Shown here in pieces: positions 57,320 to 64,000 of a stretch of 64,000 nucleotides of DNA. Positions within the stretch are counted from its first letter, which is position 1. Each line of letters starts with the position of its first letter. The notes beneath the pieces were generated by a model. That model saw nothing but the letters and a program-made list of their open reading frames with translations. It was not told the DNA's origin and did no database searches. The stretch covers positions 32,940-96,939 of the forward strand of contig JANRLW010000018.1 in assembly GCA_033762295.1 (NCBI GenBank), read 5' to 3'. This stretch comes from Capsulimonadales bacterium. Lineage in GTDB: Bacteria > Armatimonadota > Armatimonadia > Armatimonadales > Armatimonadaceae. Both the position numbers and the translations under genes were made by a program.

Positions 57320-58215
57320 GTGAGTGGTTCCCCGACGGAGGGCCATCCCTCCCGGTCCCAGTTCAGCCGGCGTACCTGGAGTTTCGGCACTCCGTTCTCC
57401 TCGACATCGTAGTAATGGTGCGCCAGGAACGTCTGCTTGACCACGGTCAGCACCGCGCAATGCCCCGGCCCGGCCATCCGTCCCGCCCCCTGCAGCACGA
57501 CCGTTCCGCCCCCGTCGAGCATCGAAACGCCCTCCCGGTCCAGGTACGGTCCGGCCACGTCCTTCGAGCGTCCCACCCTCAGGTTATAGGTGCTACGCGC
57601 CCCCCGGCAGCAGAAATCGAAGGAGACGAACAGGTAGAACCAGTCCCGGTACTCGATCAGAAAAGGCGCTTCGACCGCGCCCGGCGACGGGCGACGCGCC
57701 AGGCTGACCACCGGCGCGCCGGCGATCGGGCGGCCCGTCTTCCGGTCCGCTTCCACCATCTTGATGCCGCTCCAGAACGAACCGAAGAGGAAGACCAGGC
57801 GGTTCTTCAACGCCAGCACGTTGGAGTCGATCGCGTTGTAGTTGTCCGACGGGAACGACTCAAAAACCTTCCCCTGATCCTTCCAGGCATAGTCCTTCGA
57901 CGCCGGATCGAGGGTCTTATTGGTCGCCAACCCGATCGCCGATCGATTTTTGCCGAACGTCGAGACCGAGTAGTAGAGGTGGTAGAGTCCGTTCAGGTAG
58001 GCGATGTCGGGCGCCCAGGGAAAAACGCTGCCGGGGATCTCGGTCTTCGTCCACTCCGGGATATCCTCGACGAACACCCGTCCGAGGTTCTCCCAGGTCT
58101 TCAGATCGCGGGAGCGGCGGATCGGAATCCCGTGCCCCGTCGAATAGACGTAGTACAGGTTCTTTTCCCGGATGATACAGGGATCGTGCACAAACTTAAC
58201 GACCTCGTTTTGCAT
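57316..58215 (-). CDS. GH43 endo-1,5-alpha-L-arabinanase, no signal peptide
   Basis: HDP, WAPD, YYSVSTFG, NAIDSN, FGSFWSGI, VEAPF, SFDFCC and GPGH. Confidence 0.9.
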   Translation of the reverse strand: MQNEVVKFVHDPCIIREKNLYYVYSTGHGIPIRRSRDLKTWENLGRVFVEDIPEWTKTEIPGSVFPWAPDIAYLNGLYHLYYSVSTFGKNRSAIGLATNKTLDPASKDYAWKDQGKVFESFPSDNYNAIDSNVLALKNRLVFLFGSFWSGIKMVEADRKTGRPIAGAPVVSLARRPSPGAVEAPFLIEYRDWFYLFVSFDFCCRGARSTYNLRVGRSKDVAGPYLDREGVSMLDGGGTVVLQGAGRMAGPGHCAVLTVVKQTFLAHHYYDVEENGVPKLQVRRLNWDREGWPSVGEPLT

Positions 58216-58229
58216 GGCGGAGCGTCCTT

Positions 58230-59060
58230 TCAGTCCTTCAATCCGGTCAGGGCGATACTTTGAATGATATTCCGCTGAAAGATAAGGAAGGCCAGCACCA
58301 CCGGCAGCGTGCACAGCACCGCCGCCGCCAGCGTCAGGCCGTACTCGGCATAGTACGAGGTCTGAAACAGCGCCACCCCGACCGGGAGCGTGTACTTGTC
58401 CACCGAATCGAGGAACACCAGCGGGCCGAGGAAGTCATTCCAGGAACCGACGAAGGTAAAAATCGCCAGGGTCGCCAGCGGTGCGCGCGACAGCGGCAAC
58501 ACCACATTCCGGAAGATTCCCCAGCGCGAACAGCCGTCCAGTTCCGCCGCCTCCTCCAGGTCCTTCGGAATCCCCTGAAAAAACTGATGGAGCATGAAGA
58601 AGCCGAACGCGCCGCCGCCCGCCGGCACGATGATCGCGAGCGGGGTATCGAGCCAGCCGAGACGGTTCAGGATCAGATAGACCGGCACCAGTAGCACCTG
58701 ACCGGGAACCATCAGCGTGCCGACGATCAGCGGAAACAGCCACTTACGGCCGGGCAGGTCCAGCCGCGCGAACGCGTACGCGGCCAGCGAACTGACGCTG
58801 ACCACGAGCAGAGAGATGGCGGTCGAGTTGAACACGCTGTTGCCAAACCAGCGGAAGATCGGGATCTCCTCGCCGTTGCCCAGAATCTCCCGGAAGTTTC
58901 CGAGCGTCACCTGCTTCGGCAGTATGCCGTTGAAATGCACGATCTCGGAATCGGGTTTGAACGCCGTGATGCCGATCAGCAGCACCGGCGCGATAAAGAA
59001 AACCGCGCCGAGCAGCAGCAGAACCTCCCCGATGCCGATCTTTCGCTTTTCCGTTTCCAT
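58230..59060 (-). CDS. Carbohydrate ABC transporter permease
   Basis: IPKDLEEAAELDG EAA loop and WNDFLGPL. Confidence 0.93.
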   Translation of the reverse strand: METEKRKIGIGEVLLLLGAVFFIAPVLLIGITAFKPDSEIVHFNGILPKQVTLGNFREILGNGEEIPIFRWFGNSVFNSTAISLLVVSVSSLAAYAFARLDLPGRKWLFPLIVGTLMVPGQVLLVPVYLILNRLGWLDTPLAIIVPAGGGAFGFFMLHQFFQGIPKDLEEAAELDGCSRWGIFRNVVLPLSRAPLATLAIFTFVGSWNDFLGPLVFLDSVDKYTLPVGVALFQTSYYAEYGLTLAAAVLCTLPVVLAFLIFQRNIIQSIALTGLKD

Positions 59061-59066
59061 CGTTCG

Positions 59067-59936
59067 TCACCGCTCCCGCATCATCCGGAACTGAATCACC
59101 GAAAAGAAGCCGATCACCAGAAAGAGCAGCCAGCTCAATGCGGCGGCGTAGCCCATCCGGTAGTTGTTGAACGCCGTTTCGTAGATGTACTGCACCAGCG
59201 TCCGCGTCGATAGTTCCGGGCCGCCCCGCGTAATCATGTACACCTGCCCGAACACCTGGAACCCGCCGATGACGTTGAGCACCAGAACGAAGACCAGCAC
59301 CGGGCGCAGCAGCGGCAGAGTGATGCTCCGGAAGCTCTGCCAGCCGGTCGCCCCGTCGAGAGCGGCGGCCTCGAAGTAGGCGGGCGAAATATTTTGCAGT
59401 CCGGCCAGCAGCGCCACCATCGGCCCGCCGACCGTCCACCAGAGGGTCATCAGGACCAGCGACGGCATCGCCCAGTTCGGGTCGGTGATCCACGGAATCT
59501 TGATACCGAACGGTGCGAGCGAGGCGTTGAACAGACCGAACTCGCTGTTGTAGAACCAGCGCCAGAGAATGCCCGTGACCGAGATCGTGATGACCGTTGG
59601 CAGATAGTAGGCGGCCCGGTAGAACGCCTGCCGACGCCGGGGCACCCGGTTCAGACCGACCGCCAGCGACAGCGCCAGCACGATGGTCAGCGGGACGGCC
59701 AGCACGACGAAGCGCACCGTCGCCATCAACGCCCGCCAGAAATAGGCATCGGCGAACGCCTCGCGGAAGTTCTCCAGCGCGACGAACCGCGCCGGGTTCG
59801 GCGACAGCATATCCCAGCGGAAGAAGCCGAGGACCAGTCCGTAAATCAGCGGCAGGATCACGAAGGTCGTGAACAACAGCAGAAACGGCAGGGCGAACAG
59901 ATAGGCAAGATACCCCGCGCGCCGTCGGTAGTTCAT
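59067..59936 (-). CDS. Carbohydrate ABC transporter permease
   Basis: LAGLQNI..FEAAALDGA, TRGGP and GYAAA. Confidence 0.93.
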   Translation of the reverse strand: MNYRRRAGYLAYLFALPFLLLFTTFVILPLIYGLVLGFFRWDMLSPNPARFVALENFREAFADAYFWRALMATVRFVVLAVPLTIVLALSLAVGLNRVPRRRQAFYRAAYYLPTVITISVTGILWRWFYNSEFGLFNASLAPFGIKIPWITDPNWAMPSLVLMTLWWTVGGPMVALLAGLQNISPAYFEAAALDGATGWQSFRSITLPLLRPVLVFVLVLNVIGGFQVFGQVYMITRGGPELSTRTLVQYIYETAFNNYRMGYAAALSWLLFLVIGFFSVIQFRMMRER

Positions 59937-61246
59937 ACCGGCATCTCCCCGACCGGATTCCCGGCGTTCCGCTCCCGCTCGATGATCCGATTGATGTTGG
60001 ACTCCGCCACGGCCAGCGATTCGGACGGGGTCGCGCGTTTGCGCAACGCCTTCTCGACCGCCAGCCCGAACTCCGTCTGAAACTCGAAAATGAACGGCAA
60101 CCGGGGCAGGTAGTGGACGTACGGTATCTGGCGCGCGAACTGCGCCTGGACCGCCATCGTTTCAAACCGGGGAGTTCGCCGCAGGCTCCGTCGTACGGGC
60201 ACCTGCCCGCCCTCCGCCCAATCCAGGCTGTTGTCCGAAACGAACCGAACGAACCGCCAGGCCGCCTCCAGGTGTTTCCCCTCCAGATCGCCGCGCAGGC
60301 AGAGATTGTGCGACCCGCTCCAGACCGCCGCCTCCGTACCCAGTACCGGGACCGGCGCGCCTGCGAAATCCAAATCCTTCTGTTTCTGCAGGTCCGCCAG
60401 CATGTAGATGCCCTCGAAGGCCATCCCGATCTTGCCCTGTCGGAAGCCGATCCAGGCATCGTAGTTCTCCGGCGGCGGCGCGACCTTATACCGGTGGATC
60501 AGATCGACGCCGAACTGCAGGGCGGCGATGTTGTTCGGATCGTTCAGGACGCAACGCGAATAGTCCGGAGTGAAGAACCGTCCGCCGAACTGAAGCATCA
60601 GCGTATAGACGTTGGATTCGAAGTTCGTGAAGACGAATCCCCAGCGATCGGTCTGCCCGCCGCTCCCCCGGCGAGTGATCTTTGAGGCCGCGTCGAGAAA
60701 CCCGTCGGCGTCGGTCGGCGGTTTCGCCTGCCCTCGCTCGTCGACGACTCCCGCCTCCCGGAACAGTTGCCGGTTGTAGTACATACCGAGCGGCCATAGG
60801 TCGATCGGAACGCCATAGTGTCGGTCCCCGATATGCACCGCCTCGAACACGTTGGAGTCCAGATCGGCGACCGGCAAACCGTTCGGAACGGCGGTCAGAT
60901 CGTCGATCCCGCGAACGAACCGGGCGCGGGCGAACCGGGGCACGGCATGGGTCTGCAGAACGAACACCTCCGGCGCACGTCCCCCCAGACCGGACACAAA
61001 AAGCTTGTTGTAGTAGGTGGCCCAGTCCATCCGCTGCATCAACACCTCGATATCGGGGTTCGCCGCGTTGAACCGCTGCACCATACGCAGCATCGTGCGC
61101 CCGTCCGGGCCGGTAAAGCCGTTCCGGAAGCGGAGGACGATTTTCCGTCCCCCGCTTCGGCCACAGCCCGACAGCGAGGTCGTCGCGATCGGCAACGTCA
61201 GCGCCGTGGTCAGAAACTGACGGCGACTCCGGTTTGGTTCGCTCAC
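59933..61246 (-). CDS. Tat-lipoprotein sugar-binding protein (SBP family 1)
   Basis: From GTG 61246: SRRQFL twin-arginine motif, LSGC lipobox, GFTGPDG and YYNRQLF. Confidence 0.88.
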   Translation of the reverse strand: MSEPNRSRRQFLTTALTLPIATTSLSGCGRSGGRKIVLRFRNGFTGPDGRTMLRMVQRFNAANPDIEVLMQRMDWATYYNKLFVSGLGGRAPEVFVLQTHAVPRFARARFVRGIDDLTAVPNGLPVADLDSNVFEAVHIGDRHYGVPIDLWPLGMYYNRQLFREAGVVDERGQAKPPTDADGFLDAASKITRRGSGGQTDRWGFVFTNFESNVYTLMLQFGGRFFTPDYSRCVLNDPNNIAALQFGVDLIHRYKVAPPPENYDAWIGFRQGKIGMAFEGIYMLADLQKQKDLDFAGAPVPVLGTEAAVWSGSHNLCLRGDLEGKHLEAAWRFVRFVSDNSLDWAEGGQVPVRRSLRRTPRFETMAVQAQFARQIPYVHYLPRLPFIFEFQTEFGLAVEKALRKRATPSESLAVAESNINRIIERERNAGNPVGEMPV

Positions 61247-61259
61247 GGATGTCCCGACC

Positions 61260-62336
61260 TCATGCTTCCCTGCCCCCTCGCCCGAGCGTTCGCACGTCGC
61301 CCGCGAAATCGATCCAGGTCGCCAGCAGTTCGCCGCCCCCCGTCTCGACCAGACCGGGCAGGTACGTCCGGTGGCTCTCGCCGGCCACGGTTTCCGAAGC
61401 GGACCAGGTTCGACCGCCGTCGACGCTCGTGACCGCCTTGACATCCATGTTCAGTCGATGGGGCGGTGTCCCCGAGATATCCGGGCGTTCGCGGTCCTCA
61501 TCGGTGCAGAAGATACAGACCAGCCGACCGCTTTTGAGCCGCGTCAGCATCGGCGACAGCGCCATGAAGTTCGCCTTCGACGGCTGATAGAGCGTCTCCC
61601 GTTCCCGCGTCTGCCAGCTCCAGGTTTTTCCGTCGTCGTCGGATCGGACCGAACGGATCAGGTTGGCATGGGGCGGCGAGGTCCGAACGCTTTCCAGGGC
61701 GCAGAGCAGTCGCCCGGGCGCGAGTTCGATCATCGTCCCCATGCCGTCCCGCGACAGGTGACCGGCATCGTTCGCCCGGCTGACGACCGTCGGGTTTTCC
61801 CACTGCCGGTTCCGCGCGTTCCAGGTGCGTAGCATCAGCCACTGGTGGCCGCGAAACCCCGCCTCGTACGGCGTTTTCTCATCGTCATAAACGCACAGAA
61901 CCCGTCCGGAGGCCGTTTCCAGCAGGGAGGGCGCCCACAGGCCACGGCTCGGCGCTCCCCCGCCCGGAATCGTATGCCCGGTCACCACCGAGTGCCGTTG
62001 CCAGAGATGGCCGTCGTGCTTGCTGAACGCCACCTCGATCGCGTAGTCGGGCGACGCGGCCTTCCCTCCGGCGTAGTGGTTGCGGCGGAAAACGTGCAGG
62101 ATTTGTCCGGCCTTCGTTTCCAGGAACATTCCGTCACCGAGGTCGACGGTCGGGTCCGGGTCCGTGGCAATGGCCCCACGCTCCTTCCACGTCTTCCCAC
62201 CGTCCGCACTGCCGAAACAGAACAGGGCGCGCCCGACGACCGTCGGGCGCGGGTGGGCGGTCAGCAGTTCCCCATTCTTCCGGCGAAGCAGGCAGCGGGT
62301 GCCCGGTACCGGCGACGTTTCCCTGTTCCAGCGCAT
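61260..62336 (-). CDS. Asp-box (BNR/sialidase-fold) glycosidase-like protein
   Basis: SADGGKTW, SDDDGKTW, SVDGGRTW, GLWAP and RDGM. Confidence 0.75.
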   Translation of the reverse strand: MRWNRETSPVPGTRCLLRRKNGELLTAHPRPTVVGRALFCFGSADGGKTWKERGAIATDPDPTVDLGDGMFLETKAGQILHVFRRNHYAGGKAASPDYAIEVAFSKHDGHLWQRHSVVTGHTIPGGGAPSRGLWAPSLLETASGRVLCVYDDEKTPYEAGFRGHQWLMLRTWNARNRQWENPTVVSRANDAGHLSRDGMGTMIELAPGRLLCALESVRTSPPHANLIRSVRSDDDGKTWSWQTRERETLYQPSKANFMALSPMLTRLKSGRLVCIFCTDEDRERPDISGTPPHRLNMDVKAVTSVDGGRTWSASETVAGESHRTYLPGLVETGGGELLATWIDFAGDVRTLGRGGREA

Positions 62337-62358
62337 CGTCCGGACCTTGCCGCTTCCC

Positions 62359-63861
62359 TTAAAACCTCACCCGGAGCACGTTCCAGGAGAACGGGGGGAG
62401 GACGGCGGTCAGCCCCTGCTCGCTCGTGCTCGGCGGCTGTTCGGCGGATCGCGGCGCGACCTTGTTCGGTTCCCCGGCGGAGTTCGTCGCTTTCAGGTCG
62501 GCGTGGGTCAGAGTCATCTGCTCCGCCGATATCGGCGCGCCGATCCCGCGCAGAATGCCGGACAGCGTCACCGGTTCCCCGGCCGGATCGCGGTTGACGG
62601 CGAAGATCGTCAGTCCGTCGTCGTTCAGCACGGACGCGATTCGAACAATATCGACCTTTTCCCGAACCTTGCTGTCGTAGACCGGCGATTTTACCACCGA
62701 CTGCAGGACGGTGCCGCGCCCGAACGCCGACGCCTGTGCGAACGGATGGAAGATGGTCTGCCGCCAGGCGCGCCCGTTCGGCTCGGTCATGATCGGACCG
62801 ATGACGTTCACCACCTGCGCGATACAACCGATCCGCACCCGGTCGGCGTGGGACAACAGCGTGATCAGCATGCCGCCGACCACCAGTGCATCCTCCATCG
62901 TATAGATGTCCTCGAGGATCGGGCGACCGACGCTCCACTTCTCGCTGTTGCTCTCCTGCCCGTGCGAATGGAACCAGACGTTCCACTCGTCGAAACTGAG
63001 GTCGATCCGTTTCTTCGCCTTGCGCGATGCCTTAACGCCATCGCAGAGAGCGATCGACTCGCGAATGAAGTCGGACATGTTGTCCGGTTCGGCCAGGAAG
63101 GCGGGCGTGTCGTTCTCCCGGTTTCCGTAGTAGGTGTGGAGTGACAGGTAATCGGTATGATCGTAGGCTTCGTGCAACGCCTCCCATTCCCACTTACCGA
63201 ACGTACGCATACCGCGCCCGGACGACCCGCAGAGGACCGTCTCGATCGTCGGGTCGGTCCACTTCATCATCTTGGCGGCTTCGTTGGCGACCCGTCCGTA
63301 CTCGGTCGCCGTCCTCGCCCCCATCTGCCAGGGGCCGTCCATCTCGTTCCCCAGACACCAGACACGGATATTATGCGGTTCGGCCCATCCGTGACTTTTG
63401 CGCCAGTCGCTCCAGTAGGTCCCGCCGGGGTGGTTACAGTACTCCACCAGCGCCTGCGCCTCGGCCGGGCCGCGTGTCCCCAGGTTCACGGCCATCATCG
63501 GCTCGGTACCGACTTTTTTACACCAGTCCGCGAACTCATTGGTGCCGATCGTGTTCGGTTCCTTCGCCCCCCAGGCCAGGTCCAGTCGTGCGGGCCGCTG
63601 ATCCACCGGTCCGACTCCGTCCTCCCAGCGATAGCCGGAGACGAAGTTGCCGCCCGGATAGCGCATGATCGGCATCCGAAGTTCGCGGGTCAGTTCGATC
63701 ACGTCCTGACGCCAGCCCTGCTCGTCGGCGGTCGGATGGCCCGGTTCGTAGATGCCGGTGTAGATATGGCGACCGAGATGTTCGACGAACCCGCCGAACA
63801 GGCGCGGATCAACCTCGGCGATCGTGAAATCCTTATCCAGTGTCAGGGTCACGTTCTTCAT
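62359..63861 (-). CDS. abfA: GH51 alpha-L-arabinofuranosidase (AbfA type)
   Basis: FVEHLGR..YTGIYEP, RYPGGNFVSGY, WCLGNEMDGPWQ, SLHTY, FDEWNVW and AQVVNVIGPI. Confidence 0.93.
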   Translation of the reverse strand: MKNVTLTLDKDFTIAEVDPRLFGGFVEHLGRHIYTGIYEPGHPTADEQGWRQDVIELTRELRMPIMRYPGGNFVSGYRWEDGVGPVDQRPARLDLAWGAKEPNTIGTNEFADWCKKVGTEPMMAVNLGTRGPAEAQALVEYCNHPGGTYWSDWRKSHGWAEPHNIRVWCLGNEMDGPWQMGARTATEYGRVANEAAKMMKWTDPTIETVLCGSSGRGMRTFGKWEWEALHEAYDHTDYLSLHTYYGNRENDTPAFLAEPDNMSDFIRESIALCDGVKASRKAKKRIDLSFDEWNVWFHSHGQESNSEKWSVGRPILEDIYTMEDALVVGGMLITLLSHADRVRIGCIAQVVNVIGPIMTEPNGRAWRQTIFHPFAQASAFGRGTVLQSVVKSPVYDSKVREKVDIVRIASVLNDDGLTIFAVNRDPAGEPVTLSGILRGIGAPISAEQMTLTHADLKATNSAGEPNKVAPRSAEQPPSTSEQGLTAVLPPFSWNVLRVRF

Positions 63862-63895
63862 AACGTTGCGAATGGTTTCCTTTCCGGAGTTCGAT

Positions 63896-64000
63896 CTATT
63901 GTCCGGCCGGCGGATTGGCCGGCGGATTGGCGGCGGGCGGATTGGCGGCGGGCGCGGTCGTCGGCGGGACCGGTTTGCCGTCCTGACCGCCGGGATACCC
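63896..64000 (-). CDS. C-terminus of an upstream gene with a Pro/Ala-rich tail
   Basis: Minus frame reads GYPGGQDGKPVPPTTAPAANPPAANPPANPPAGQ*, which explains the GGCGGATTGG repeats. Confidence 0.5.
   Translation of the reverse strand, partial: GYPGGQDGKPVPPTTAPAANPPAANPPANPPAGQ

Noticed and set aside
63900..63960. GGCGGATTGG-type repeats as an intergenic repeat element
   Set aside because: Explained as the Pro/Ala-rich coding tail (ANPP repeats) of a gene entering from beyond the window.

Overview
GC-rich bacterial chromosomal window with about 50 genes, most likely Armatimonadota. That assignment is inferred from two DUF1559-type prepilin proteins with the [28 protein letters not shown] signature, a PEP-CTERM protein and a CRTAC1/TPR cassette. 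Housekeeping genes (nfi, murB, nth-like, tatC, nagA, rlmD-like, serC, murJ, murG) are interspersed with several modules: a D-apionate catabolic trio (apnL-apnO-oiaC-like), an arabinan/arabinose utilisation locus, an H-NOX/histidine-kinase pair, a class III cyclase-AAA_35 fusion, a Cys-rich ECF sigma factor and three PhyH-family dioxygenases. The best candidate for an undescribed system is at 6574-9276. A small membrane-anchored HxH/CxxC leader protein ends in an RGPP ribosome-arrest-like motif. Its last codons (6989-7004) are complementary at 14 of 16 nt to the Shine-Dalgarno region (7203-7218) of the downstream HupE/UreJ metal-transporter gene, which is followed by a DUF1559 pilin-like gene. 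This suggests metal-sensing translational attenuation. Many genes have a TANNNT -10 box 5-9 nt before the start codon and no SD, so they are apparently leaderless. No rRNA, tRNA, CRISPR array or transposase was seen. All family calls come from motif recognition by eye, without database searches.
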